From an uncultured delta proteobacterium (GTDB lineage: Bacteria > Myxococcota_A > Polyangia > Fen-1088), in NCBI GenBank assembly GCA_963767925.1, contig CAVYGB010000008.1, positions 672,001-736,000 on the forward strand: a stretch of DNA of 64,000 nt. Direction: 5' to 3'. This document shows, piece after piece, positions 9,743-20,127 of the stretch. The notes beneath the pieces are model-generated. The model did not search any database. It saw only the letters and a list, made by a program, of their open reading frames with translations, and was not told the DNA's origin. Made by a program: the position numbers and the translations under genes. Numbering within the stretch: the first letter of the stretch is position 1; each line of letters opens with the position of its first letter.

Positions 9743-10504
9743 GTGCAGACTCCGCCCAGCTCGCGTGCGCGGCCGCCCTGGCGGGCGGTCGCGGTCGCGG
9801 CGGTGGTCGCGCTGCTGACCTGCGGCCCTCCGCTTGCGGCCCGGGCCTCCGAGCCGGCGACCACCGGGACCGCCGAGGAGCTGTACGAGCTCGGGATGGC
9901 GCACTTTCGCGCGCGGGGGTTCAGCGAGGCGGCCCGCGCGTTCGAGGCGGCGCTGGCCCTCGATCCCCGCCCGGAGATCCTGTTCGCCCTGGCCCAGGCC
10001 ACCCGGCTCTCGGGCGATTGCCCGGCGGCGCGGCCCCTCTACCAGCGGTTCCTGGCCACCGAGCCTCCGCCTCATCAGGTCGAGGCGACCCGGATCGCGC
10101 TCGCCCGCTGCGAGGGCAGAGCGCCGCCCCCCGGACCGGTTGTCGCTCCCCTCCCCGCGCCGCCCGCCGTGCAGGCCGCCGCCGTGCCCCGGCAGCCGCA
10201 GGCGCGGTGGTGGGCCGATCCGCTGGGCGGCGCGCTGGCCGGGGCAGCGGTCCTGAGCCTCGGCGCCGGGGTGGGGCTGCTGGTCGCCGCCCGGCTGGCC
10301 GACGGGGAGCACCGGGAGGCGCTCGCCTACCCGCGCGCGAACGAGCGGCGGGCGGCGGCGCAGAACCGCCAGCGCTGGGCCGCAGTGGCCCTGCTCTCCG
10401 GCGCGGCGCTGGGGGTGGGGGCCGCGGGGCGCTGGTGGTGGCTGGGCGGGTCGGCCGGCGGGCCCGCCGGGCGGGCGGCGCTGGCGCTGGGGGGACGTTT
10501 TTGA
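9743..10504 (+). CDS. Exported TPR-domain protein with C-terminal hydrophobic segments
   Basis: Signal peptide; TPR pair (LYELGMAHF...AARAFEAALALDP; LFALAQATRLSGDC...YQRFL); Pro linker; two hydrophobic helices; ends GGRF. Confidence 0.75.
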   Translation: MQTPPSSRARPPWRAVAVAAVVALLTCGPPLAARASEPATTGTAEELYELGMAHFRARGFSEAARAFEAALALDPRPEILFALAQATRLSGDCPAARPLYQRFLATEPPPHQVEATRIALARCEGRAPPPGPVVAPLPAPPAVQAAAVPRQPQARWWADPLGGALAGAAVLSLGAGVGLLVAARLADGEHREALAYPRANERRAAAQNRQRWAAVALLSGAALGVGAAGRWWWLGGSAGGPAGRAALALGGRF

Positions 10505-10542
10505 TCGGCGGCGCCCGGTCGGCGTACGGGGGCCAGCAGCCC

Positions 10543-12974
10543 GTGCATGCGGGCCAGCCCGTCCGAGCTCGCGTCGTCCTCCGCCACCCGACAGCCGCCG
10601 GCCGACCCGACGCCGGCTGGCCCCCGCTGATCCTCGGACTCGCGCTCCTGGCGCTCGGCACCGGCTGCCTCGCGCGTGGTCGCTTCCGCTGCGAGGTGGA
10701 CAGTCAGTGCCAGCTCGACGGCCGGACCGGCTTCTGCGAGCCGAGCGGGGTGTGCAGCTTCCTCGACGCCACCTGCCCGCTCGGGCGGCGGCACGCCAAT
10801 CTGGCCGACGAGGCGGGCGTCCTGGCCGGCCGCTGCCTGGAGGCCTCCCCCTGCGGGCAGACGCCGGTCGTCGAGGTGGAGGTGGGGGGGAACACGCCTG
10901 CCTGCGGCGGCTCGACGGGGCCGTCGCCTGCTGGGGGCGAAACAGCGACGGGCAGGTCGGGGACGGCACCCGGAGGGCGCGGGCCCGGCCGACCCCGGTG
11001 GCGGCGTTGCCCCCGGTGGGAGCCCTCGCGCTCGGGCAGGCCCACACCTGCGCCATCGCCGGGGAGGCTGGGCAGGTGCTCTGCTGGGGGCGCAACGACG
11101 AGGGGCAGCTCGGGCTGGCGGGGGGCGGATCGGAGGTGGTGCCCGCCGCTGTCCCCGGCCTGCTGGGCGCCAGCGAGCTGGCGCTCGGGCGCGGCTTCTC
11201 CTGTGCCCGCGCCGCCGACGGTGTCTCGTGCTGGGGGGCGGGCGGCGAGGGGCAGCTCGGGCGGGGCGACACAACCGGCAGCGCGGCGCCGGCGCTGGTG
11301 TCCGATCTGGCCGGGGTGGACCAGGTCGTGGCGGGGAACGCCCACGCCTGCGCCCGGCTGCGCGACGGCGGGGTGGCCTGCTGGGGCGCCGGCGCGCAGG
11401 GACAGCTCGGGCTGGGCGACACCTCCGCCCGCCCGCGCCCCCAGCGCATCGCCGGGCTGGGGGAGGTGGTCGAGCTGGCGGCCGGCGCGGCCCACACCTG
11501 CGCCCGCCGGAGCGACGGGACGGTCTCCTGCTGGGGCGAGAACCGGGCCGGCCAGCTCGGGGACGCCACCCTGCTGCGGCGGCTGTCCCCCACCCGCATC
11601 CCGTTGCCCGGGCCCGCGCGCAAGCTGCGCGCCGGCGCCCAGCACACCTGCGTGCTGGGCCCGCTCGAGCGGGTCTCCTGCTGGGGCGAAAATCAGCGCG
11701 GCCAGCTCGGCGACGGCAGCACCATCGCCTATCCCAGCGCGGTCGCCACCGTCGGCGTCCACGACGTGCTGGATCTCGCCGCCGGCGGGGACGTCACCTG
11801 CGCCCTGGGACGGGATGGCGCCGTGTCGTGCTGGGGCGACGATCGCTGGGGGCAGCTCGGCGCGGGCAGCCTCACCTGGCGGGGCCAGCCGGGCCCGCTG
11901 GCGGTGCTCGATCAGGTGACCTCGGTGTCGGCGGGGGAGAGCCACACCTGCGCGACCCGGGCCAGCGCCGAGGCGTTTTGCTGGGGCGGGGGCCAGTTCG
12001 GCCGGCTCGGCGATGGCGCCGACGTCGATCGCTCCACGCCCGCGCTGGTGCGGCTGCCCGGCGGCCTGCTCGACGTCGTCGCCGGCGGCGCCCACGCCTG
12101 CGGGCGCACCCTCGATCGCCGGCTCTGGTGCTGGGGCCTCAACCTCGAGGGCCAGCTCGGCGCCGGCTACGGCGGGAGCGAGGTCCCGCAGCGGCTCGCC
12201 CCGGTGCCGGTCCCCGGCCTGGAGGCGGTCGACCAGGTCGCGCTCGGGCGGGCCCACGGGTGCGCCCGCGCGCGCGGGCGGGTGCTGTGCTGGGGCGCCA
12301 ACCCGTTCGGGCAGACCGGCGAAGCCACCGCCGCGCAGAGCCTGCAGCCGTTCGGCGTGGCCGGCCTGGAGGCGGTCGCCGGGATCGCGGCGGGCGCCGA
12401 CCATAGCTGCGCGCTCGGCGAGCAGGGTCGGGCCTGGTGCTGGGGCCGCGGCGACCTAGGTCAGCTCGGCGACGGCACCGCCACCTCGAGCAGCCGCCCG
12501 CTGGTGGTGGCCCTGCCGGCGGACGTGCCGGTTGTCGAGCTGGCGGCGGGGGTGGCCCACACCTGCGCGCGCCTGCGCGACGGCCGGGTGTTCTGCTGGG
12601 GCGCCGGCCCCGCCCAGCCTGGCCCGGCGGCCCCGCTACAGGCGCGGCCCGCCGCCGTCGCGGGCGTCGCCGGCGCCACCCTCCTGGCCGCCGGCGGCGG
12701 GCACACCTGCGCGGCCACGGCCGATCGGCGGCTGACCTGCTGGGGCGCCGGCGAGCTCGGTCAGAGCGGACCGGACGGCGATCCCGGGCAGCCCCTGCGC
12801 ACCGTGGAGGCGCCTGCCGCCCTCATCGGGCTCGGCGCCGGCGGCGCCCACACCTGCACCGTCGACGCGTCCCGCGCCCTCCGCTGCTTCGGCCTGGACG
12901 CCAGCGGCCAGCTCGGCACTGGCCGGGCGCTCCAGTCTTCCTGGCCCCGCCCGGTCGCCGTGCCTTGCCCGTGA
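10543..12974 (+). CDS. RCC1-repeat lipoprotein with N-terminal Cys-rich domain, frameshift in the G-run at about 10884-10890; start uncertain (10501 or 10543)
   Basis: Lipobox GTGC and Cys-rich FRCEVDSQC...CEPSGVCSF in one frame, followed by many HTCA...CWG.N..GQLG repeats in the next frame. Confidence 0.85.
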
Positions 12975-12983
12975 GCCCGACCG

Positions 12984-13751
12984 CTACTGCCCGAAGTAGA
13001 GGCCGCCGTTGACGTGGATGACCTCGCCGCTGATGTAGCTGGCGGCGGGGGAGGCGAGGAAGGCCACCGCGCCGGCGACGTCCTCGTTGCTGCCCGCGCG
13101 TCCCATCGGGATGCCCTTGATCAGCGCGGCGAACGCCTCGGGCGCGGTGTGCACCTCGTGAAAACGGTTCTGGATGACGCCGGGAGCGACGCTGTTGATG
13201 GTTATTCCCTTCGAGGCGAACTCCTTGGTCAGGCTCCGGGCCAGGTTCGACACCGCCGCCTTGGCCGGGCCGTAGTGCGGCGTGGTCGCCGCCCCTCCGT
13301 TGTGCCCGGCGATCGAGGAGATGTTCACGACGCTGCCCCGCCCCTGCTTGACCATGTGCGGGATCACCGCCTGGCACATCAGCAGCACGCTGGTGAAGTT
13401 GAGCCGCAGCGACTCGTCGATCAGCTCCTCGGTCAGCTCGTGAAGGAGCGCCCGGCGCACCATGCCCCCGGCGTTGTTGACCAGGATGTCGATCTTCCCC
13501 CCGCCGAAGCGGAGCGCCTCGGCCACCAGGCGATCGATGTCGGCCTTGCGGGTCACGTCGGCGGGCACCGCGATTGCGCGCCGGCCGAGGGCGGTGACTT
13601 CGCGGGCCGTGCTCTCGGCCTCCGCGGCGCTGCTCCGGTAGTTGATGACGACGTCCGCTCCCTGCCGGGCGAGCTCGAGCGAGATGGCGCGACCGATGTC
13701 GCGGCCGCCGCCGGTGACGAGAGCAGTCTTTCCAGTTATCGCGAAGGACAT
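12984..13751 (-). CDS. Short-chain dehydrogenase/reductase (SDR)
   Basis: TGGGRDIG, NNAG, catalytic YGPAK, VAPG. Confidence 0.92.
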   Translation of the reverse strand: MSFAITGKTALVTGGGRDIGRAISLELARQGADVVINYRSSAAEAESTAREVTALGRRAIAVPADVTRKADIDRLVAEALRFGGGKIDILVNNAGGMVRRALLHELTEELIDESLRLNFTSVLLMCQAVIPHMVKQGRGSVVNISSIAGHNGGAATTPHYGPAKAAVSNLARSLTKEFASKGITINSVAPGVIQNRFHEVHTAPEAFAALIKGIPMGRAGSNEDVAGAVAFLASPAASYISGEVIHVNGGLYFGQ

Positions 13752-13891
13752 GGGGGGCCGCACTTTCTCACGGGGGTTGGGGGGCGCGACGGGCGCGGGC
13801 CGGTCGCGGATGACAGGGGTGGAAGTGGCCGATGACGCGTCGCCCGGTGCTTGTCTTCTGCAATCAACTCTGGTGCGATGGCGCGCTGAAC

Positions 13892-15682
13892 ATGGGCCCG
13901 CGCCTGCTCTCCGCTGCGCTCCTCCTCGGGCTCTCCTCGGGCGCGGCGGCCGCACCTGCCGATTCGGCCAATCTCGCCACCGTCGCCGAGAAGACGCGCT
14001 TCGAGCAGACCGGGCGCCACGACGAGGTGGTGACCCTGTGCCGCGCGTTTGCCCGGCGCTACCCGCGTCAGGTTCGCTGCCTGGAGTTCGGCCGCTCGCC
14101 CGAGGGGCGCCCGCTGATCGCCCTCGTCGCCTCGGCCGACGGCAAGCTCGACCCGCGCAGCGCCGGCCGGGCGGGGCGGCCCGCGGTCTTCGTGGTGGGC
14201 GGCATCCACGCCGGCGAGATCGACGGCAAGGACGCCGGCTTCATCACCCTGCGCGAGCTGCTCGCCGGCCGGGGACCCGCCGCCGCCCTGCGCGCCGTCA
14301 CCTTCGTCTTCGTGCCGGTCTTCAACGTCGACGGCCACGAGCGGTTCGGCCCCAACCAGCGCCCCAACCAGCGCGGTCCCGCCGAGACAGGCTTTCGCAC
14401 CACCGCCCAGAACCTCAACCTCAACCGCGACTGGGTCAAGGCCGAGTCGCCCGAGATGGTGGCCCTGCTGGGCCTGCTGGGGCGGTGGGATCCGGTGATG
14501 CTGGTCGACCTGCACGTCACCGACGGAGCCAGGTTCGAGCACGACGTCGCGGTCATCGTGTCGCCGGAGGAGCCGCTCGCCCACGGCCTCGACGAGGTGG
14601 CCACCGCGCTGAGCGATGCCCTGATGACCGACCTGCGCGCCCGGGGCCATCTCCCCTTGCCGTTTTACCCCTCGTTCCGATCGGGCAACGATCCGACCAG
14701 CGGCATCGAGCGGACGCCCTCGTCGCCCCGTTTTTCCAACCGCTACCTCGCCGTGCGCAACCGGATCGGCATCCTGGTGGAGACCCATAGCTGGCGGCCC
14801 TATCCCCACCGGGTCCGCACCACGCGCGCGGTGCTGGAGTCGCTGCTCACCCAGGCGATCCTGCAGGCGCCGGCCTGGTCCCGGGCCACGCGAGCGGCCG
14901 ACGGAGCGGGCGCCCGGCTGGCCGGAGCGGAGGTGCCGCTCACCTACCAGGTCGTGCCGCCCGCCCGGACGATCGAGTTCCGGGGCTACGCCTACGACCG
15001 CCAGCCCTCCGACATCTCGGGCAGCCCCATCATCCGCTACGACGAGCGCCGCCCCCAGATCTGGCAGATCCCCTATCACGACCGCATCGCCGTCAAAGCG
15101 GCGCAGCGGGCCCCCGCCGGCGGCTACCTGGTGCCGGCCGCCTTCGCCGGCTGGGTCGGCGAAAAGCTCGCCCTGCACCGGATCCGCCACCAGCACCTCG
15201 ACCGCGATCTGTCCCGCCTGGAGGTCGAGGCCTTCCGGGCCGAGACCGTGCGCTTCGCGACCGCCCCCTTCGAGGGCCGCTTCGGCGCCGAGGTCCAGGG
15301 CGCCTGGAAGGCCGAGACCCGATCCCTCGGGGCGGGCGCGCTCTTCGTCCCCATCGAGCAGGAGCGCGCCTTGCTGGCCATGCACCTGCTCGAGCCCGCC
15401 GCCCCCGACTCGCTGGTCTCCTGGGGCTACTTCCATGCCGCCTTCGAGCAGAAGGAGTACATGGAGGACTACGTGGCCGAGGAGGAAGCCCGCAAGATGC
15501 TGGCCCGCGACCCGAAGCTGCGGGCCGCCTTCGACGCCGAGCTGGCCCGCGACCCCACCCTGGCCAGAGATCCCCGCCGCCGCCTGCGCTTCTTCTACCG
15601 CCGCCATCCCGCCTGGGACGAGCGCTTCAACCTCTACCCCATACTCCGCGTCGGCCAGGCTCCGCTCCCCGCGGGCCGCTGA
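13892..15682 (+). CDS. Exported M14 zinc carboxypeptidase-family protein
   Basis: Signal peptide; GIHAGE, NVDGH, NLNRD, DLH. Confidence 0.9.
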   Translation: MGPRLLSAALLLGLSSGAAAAPADSANLATVAEKTRFEQTGRHDEVVTLCRAFARRYPRQVRCLEFGRSPEGRPLIALVASADGKLDPRSAGRAGRPAVFVVGGIHAGEIDGKDAGFITLRELLAGRGPAAALRAVTFVFVPVFNVDGHERFGPNQRPNQRGPAETGFRTTAQNLNLNRDWVKAESPEMVALLGLLGRWDPVMLVDLHVTDGARFEHDVAVIVSPEEPLAHGLDEVATALSDALMTDLRARGHLPLPFYPSFRSGNDPTSGIERTPSSPRFSNRYLAVRNRIGILVETHSWRPYPHRVRTTRAVLESLLTQAILQAPAWSRATRAADGAGARLAGAEVPLTYQVVPPARTIEFRGYAYDRQPSDISGSPIIRYDERRPQIWQIPYHDRIAVKAAQRAPAGGYLVPAAFAGWVGEKLALHRIRHQHLDRDLSRLEVEAFRAETVRFATAPFEGRFGAEVQGAWKAETRSLGAGALFVPIEQERALLAMHLLEPAAPDSLVSWGYFHAAFEQKEYMEDYVAEEEARKMLARDPKLRAAFDAELARDPTLARDPRRRLRFFYRRHPAWDERFNLYPILRVGQAPLPAGR

Positions 15683-15924
15683 TCCCGCGGCCGCCCGCCC
15701 GAGGGGTTCTGGCGGCCCCTCACCCGGAGCGCGGCTCCCCGCCGGGTCGGTTCACCCGACCGTCGGGCCCGACCAGCGGTCGGAAAATTCGCCGGGTGGA
15801 TTACGCGCGTGACCTGTCGTTCGCCCCAGGTGTCGCCCTCAAAGCCGCAGGAACATTAGTGACATCTTCCATGACCAGAATAAGACATAAGTAATGCAAT
15901 GCATTGCGACTAGATATATGACCG

Positions 15925-16587
15925 ATGTCTCCCAGAAGCCGCTCCAGCGCGGTGGGGAAGCGGGAGGAGGCGTCGTACGTGCTGGTAGATGAAGCCGATC
16001 TGGCCCGGGCGCTGCTCGAGGGGCGGCCGGGAGCTGCGCCTCAGGCGTGGCGACGGTTCTATCCGATCGTCATCTCTACCTTGCGCCGGCTGCTCGGGCC
16101 GGGGGACGACCTGCCCGACCTCGCCCAGGACGTGTTCGCCCGCTTCTTCGCCAAGCTGCGTGATCTGAGGAAGCAGGGCTCGATCCGGGCGTTCGTCACC
16201 GGCATCGCCTTCCGCCGCGCGCGCGAGGAGATGAAGCGCCGTCGGGTGCGCCGGACCTCGGCCAACCTGGTCCTGCACCACCTCAACGAGATCTCGCTGG
16301 CCGGCGTCACCGATCCCGACCGCCGGCATGCCGCCGGCCGCCTCTACGGCATGATGTCGCATCTCAGTGAAAACGATCGCAGCGCCTATACACTGCGGTT
16401 CGTCGAGGGGCTCGAGCTCAACGAGATCGCCACCACCCTCCAGATCTCCCTGTCGACCGTCCGGCGCAGCATCCGGCGGGCGTCGGAGCAGCTCGACCGC
16501 CTCGTGAAGAGCGACCCGATGCTCGCGTCGTTCAGCGAGGCCACCCCCGCCGCGCGCCGGCGTTCACCCGCTCTGCGCCCCCGCTGA
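15925..16587 (+). CDS. ECF RNA polymerase sigma factor
   Basis: sigma2 DLAQDVF...FVTGIA; sigma4 LRFVEGLELNEIA...STVRRSIRRA. Confidence 0.88.
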   Translation: MSPRSRSSAVGKREEASYVLVDEADLARALLEGRPGAAPQAWRRFYPIVISTLRRLLGPGDDLPDLAQDVFARFFAKLRDLRKQGSIRAFVTGIAFRRAREEMKRRRVRRTSANLVLHHLNEISLAGVTDPDRRHAAGRLYGMMSHLSENDRSAYTLRFVEGLELNEIATTLQISLSTVRRSIRRASEQLDRLVKSDPMLASFSEATPAARRRSPALRPR

Positions 16588-17616
16588 GGGGCCGCGCAGC
16601 CGGGCCGAAACCCGCTTGAGCGCCTGCTCGGCCAGCCGGGCGTAGCGCAGCGAGCGGCGGCCGGCGGGCACCGTCTCGATCCCGGGAAACACGCTCAGCG
16701 TCTCGGCCGCGCCCGCCCGCAGCCGCCGGGCCAGCGCGCCCACCGACTCGACCTGCAGCTCGTCGCGGTTGTCCCGCAGGTAGCTGCAGAGCTGCCGCCA
16801 GCGGTGCTGGTTGATCCAGTTGGCGTGTCCGAGCTTCGCTCCCGGGTCGTCCACGAAGAAGAACTCGAAGCAATGGGTCACCACCGTGACCTCGGGGATC
16901 TGCAGCCGCGCCGCCGTCTCCAGGTAGTGGCGCATCTCCGCGAAGGAGATGGCCGTGACCTGCAGGTGGCGGTAGCCGCCGCCCGCCTCGACGAAGTTGC
17001 TCACCGGCAGCTCCCAGACGTCGTCGCTCGCCGAGAACAGGGCGTTGGCCGGGGTGGGCCAGTCGATGGCGCAGCCTCGCGAGAGGTAACTCAGGTTGAG
17101 GTTCGAGGAGACCGAGAGCCCGGTGGAGGCCATGGCCCGCCAGGTGTCGTTGTTGGCCGCGAAGTGCCCGGCCCGGAAGGCCACCAGCTCCTGGGGCCGG
17201 GCACCGGCCTTCTGCAAGATCTCCAGCCCGTCGGCCAGCAGCTTGCTCTGGGCCTCGACGTCGTAGGCCGCCATCTGATCGGCCGGCGGCTGCTCGCCCT
17301 TGCTGGACCAGTCAGCCCGCTGCTGGATGGGGTGGGCGTGGAGCTGGACGTCCTGCCCGGCCGCGCGGAGGGCATGGCAGACGTCCGCCAGCCCCTGGGC
17401 CCCGAAGTACGACGATCCGAACGGCTCGACGAAGAAGGTCGCCACCAGGCCGCAGCGCCGGAGCTCGGCGAGCATCATCGCCAGCCCCAGCTCGCGGCGC
17501 TGGTTGGCGAAGCGCCCCCACACCCGCAGGTCGTAGCCGAGGGGGGGCTGGAGCTGGCCCCCCCGCATGCGCTCCTCGGCGCACTCGACGTCGACCGTGA
17601 GGTAGACCCGGGTCAT
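16564..17616 (-). CDS. Polysaccharide deacetylase-family protein
   Basis: LTVDVE, ATFFV, QLHAH, FRAG motifs; stop/start overlap with wecB. Confidence 0.8.
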   Translation of the reverse strand: MTRVYLTVDVECAEERMRGGQLQPPLGYDLRVWGRFANQRRELGLAMMLAELRRCGLVATFFVEPFGSSYFGAQGLADVCHALRAAGQDVQLHAHPIQQRADWSSKGEQPPADQMAAYDVEAQSKLLADGLEILQKAGARPQELVAFRAGHFAANNDTWRAMASTGLSVSSNLNLSYLSRGCAIDWPTPANALFSASDDVWELPVSNFVEAGGGYRHLQVTAISFAEMRHYLETAARLQIPEVTVVTHCFEFFFVDDPGAKLGHANWINQHRWRQLCSYLRDNRDELQVESVGALARRLRAGAAETLSVFPGIETVPAGRRSLRYARLAEQALKRVSARLRGPSAGAQSG

Positions 17617-18704
17617 CTGAGTCGTTCGACGATCGCCGAGACGATCCGGGGCGCCGTCTTGCCGTCCCACAGCTCGGGGACGGGGTGGGGCGCGCCCACC
17701 TCCAGCTCCAGCGCCCGTCGGGCCTCGCGCGAGATGACCTCGGGATCGGTGCCACACAGCCGGTTCGTGCCCTGCGAGATGGTGACCGGACGTTCCGTGT
17801 TCTCGCGCAGGGTCAGGCAGGGGATACCGAGCACCGTGCTCTCCTCCTGCAAACCGCCCGAGTCGGTCAGCACCAGGCGGGCCTGCGAGGTGAGCGACAG
17901 GAACTCGAGGTAACCCAGGGGGTCGGTGACGATCAGCCCGGGCGTCTTCTCGAGCCGATTGCCCAGCCCCGCGACGCTGGCCTGCCGCCGGGTCCGGGGG
18001 TGGATCGGGAACACCACCGGGACCTTCTGACATATCTCCACGACGGTTTCGAGGATGCGCCCCAGGACCGCCGGGTCGTCGACGTTGGAAGGACGGTGCA
18101 GGGTCAGGACCCCATAGGCGTGGGGTGTCAACCCGAAGCGGTCGGCTACCTTGAGCCCGCGCGCGCGCGGCAGATGCTCGAGCAAGGTGTCGATCATCAC
18201 ATTTCCTACCCGGACGATGCTCTCGGGCGAGCAGCCCTCGCGGCGGAGATTTTCATCGCCGTCGGGCGAGGGGGTCAGCAGCAGGTCGGCGAGGGAGTCG
18301 GTGACGACCCGATTCACCTCCTCCGGCATGGACCAGTCGCCCGAGCGCAGGCCCGCCTCCACATGGGCGCAATAGAGACCCATCTTGGCTGCCACGATGG
18401 ACGCCGCCATGGTGCTGTTGACGTCCCCCACCACCAGGACCGCGCGCGGTCGCTTCTCGGTGAAGAAACGTTCCAGGCCGACCATGACCGCTCCGGTCTG
18501 TTCGGCGTGGCTACCCGAGCCCACACCGAGGTCGACGATGGGCCGGGGCATGCCCAGATCTTCGAAGAAGACCTTCGACATGGCGGCGTCGTAGTGTTGA
18601 CCGGTGTGGATCAGCTCGTGAGCGACCCCCGCCCGGCGAAAGGCGGCGTGTATGGGCGCCGCTTTCATGAAGTTCGGTCTGGCTCCGACGATGGTAACAA
18701 TCAC
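17613..18704 (-). CDS. wecB: UDP-N-acetylglucosamine 2-epimerase (non-hydrolysing)
   Basis: GARPNFMK, HTGQHYD, GDVNST, HVEAGLRS, PEEVNR, TDSGGLQEE, RENTERP. Confidence 0.95.
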   Translation of the reverse strand: MIVTIVGARPNFMKAAPIHAAFRRAGVAHELIHTGQHYDAAMSKVFFEDLGMPRPIVDLGVGSGSHAEQTGAVMVGLERFFTEKRPRAVLVVGDVNSTMAASIVAAKMGLYCAHVEAGLRSGDWSMPEEVNRVVTDSLADLLLTPSPDGDENLRREGCSPESIVRVGNVMIDTLLEHLPRARGLKVADRFGLTPHAYGVLTLHRPSNVDDPAVLGRILETVVEICQKVPVVFPIHPRTRRQASVAGLGNRLEKTPGLIVTDPLGYLEFLSLTSQARLVLTDSGGLQEESTVLGIPCLTLRENTERPVTISQGTNRLCGTDPEVISREARRALELEVGAPHPVPELWDGKTAPRIVSAIVERLR

Positions 18705-18794
18705 AGCAGCAAACCTACCATTGGCAAAGTGGTGTGGCTTCGACGTCGGCGCGCTGTCGCTCCGACCGCCGGAGCGGGATGAGAGAAATTGAGC

Positions 18795-20009
18795 ATGCTC
18801 GAAGGTGAGAACATCGTCTGTTTCGCCAAGGATTGGAGTGAAGATCCGACCAGCAACAACCACGTCATGCGGTTGCTGGCCCGCAAGAACAACGTCCTGT
18901 GGCTCAATTCGATCGGCTTGCGGAAGCCGAAGCTGAGCGATCGGGGCGATCTCCGCAAAATGGCGGAGAAACTGCGGGGGTTCGCCAAGGGCCCGGTCCA
19001 GGTCGACGAACGGATGTGGGTGTTCACACCGCTCGTCGTACCTTTGCCCGCCTCGCCCTGGGCGGGGGCCATCAACCAGCAGATCCTGCGCTACTCGCTG
19101 CGCTGGCTGCGCCGCCGGCTGGGGATGGACCGCTACCAGCTCTGGACCTTCCTGCCGAGCGCGGTCCAGCACCTGGGGGCCCTGGATCCTTCGCTGGTGG
19201 TCTATTACTGCACCGACGAGTTCTCCCAGTTCTCCTATCTGGATCGGGAGAAGATGCAGGCCTGGGATACAGAGCTGTGCCGGCGGGCCGACGTGGTCTT
19301 CACCACCGCCACCCCTCTGCTGGAGAAGCGCAAGCCACTCAACCCGGAGACCCACCTGGCCCTGCACGGGGTCGACCACCAGCACTTCGCCCAGGCGCTG
19401 CGCGAGGACACCGCCGTCGCCTCCGAGCTGTCCGGGGTGGGCAAGCCCATCCTGGGCTTCTTCGGCCTCATCCACGACTGGATCGATCTCGATCTCATCG
19501 CCTACGTCGCCGAGCAGCGGCCGAGCTGGAGCATCGTCCTCATCGGCAAGCCGGGGGTGGACGTCTCGCGCCTGCAGCGGTACTCCAACATCCGCCTGCT
19601 GGGGCGGCGGCCGTACGCCGATCTCCCCCGCTACTGCAAGGGCTTCTCGGTCGGGCTGCTCCCTTTCGCCATCAACGAGCTGACCCGCAACGTGAACCCC
19701 ATCAAGATGCGGGAGTACCTCTCGGCCGGCCTGCCGGTCGTGTCGACCGACCTGCCCGAGGTGCGGTCCCAGAAGCTGTGCCGGGTGGCCGGCACCCGGG
19801 AGGCCTTCCTCGAGGCCTGCGAGCAGGCCATCACCACCGACAGCGAGGTCGAGCGGCGGCGGCGCAGCGAGGCCATGAAGAAGGAGACCTGGGAGGTGAA
19901 GGTCGACGAGATCGGCCGCATCGTGCGGGCGGTGGCCGACCGCAAGCGGGCCGGCACCTCCCAGCCCGGCGCCGCCCGCCAGGGCAGCGTCATCGCGCTG
20001 GCCAAATAG
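18795..20009 (+). CDS. GT-B (GT4-like) glycosyltransferase
   Basis: YYCTDEF, HGVD, GFFGLI, NPIKMREYLSAGLPVVST. Confidence 0.88.
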   Translation: MLEGENIVCFAKDWSEDPTSNNHVMRLLARKNNVLWLNSIGLRKPKLSDRGDLRKMAEKLRGFAKGPVQVDERMWVFTPLVVPLPASPWAGAINQQILRYSLRWLRRRLGMDRYQLWTFLPSAVQHLGALDPSLVVYYCTDEFSQFSYLDREKMQAWDTELCRRADVVFTTATPLLEKRKPLNPETHLALHGVDHQHFAQALREDTAVASELSGVGKPILGFFGLIHDWIDLDLIAYVAEQRPSWSIVLIGKPGVDVSRLQRYSNIRLLGRRPYADLPRYCKGFSVGLLPFAINELTRNVNPIKMREYLSAGLPVVSTDLPEVRSQKLCRVAGTREAFLEACEQAITTDSEVERRRRSEAMKKETWEVKVDEIGRIVRAVADRKRAGTSQPGAARQGSVIALAK

Positions 20010-20127
20010 CCCGCAAAAATAGCCCGCAACATCGTCCGATCGATCCGCCGCCGGTCGCTCCGCCCGTCGGGGCGCCGGCGAGCGGCTCGATCCCACGAGC
20101 GTCCCCCCGTCGGGTAATGTCGGGGCG

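Noticed and set aside
10884..10890. Phase-variable poly-G tract in the RCC1 gene
   Set aside because: Only 7 G, and the assembly shows other indel errors
15695..15790. Cluster of small CCGAC/GTCGG hairpins after the peptidase gene
   Set aside because: Short GC-rich stems are expected by chance; no U-tract or recognisable RNA family
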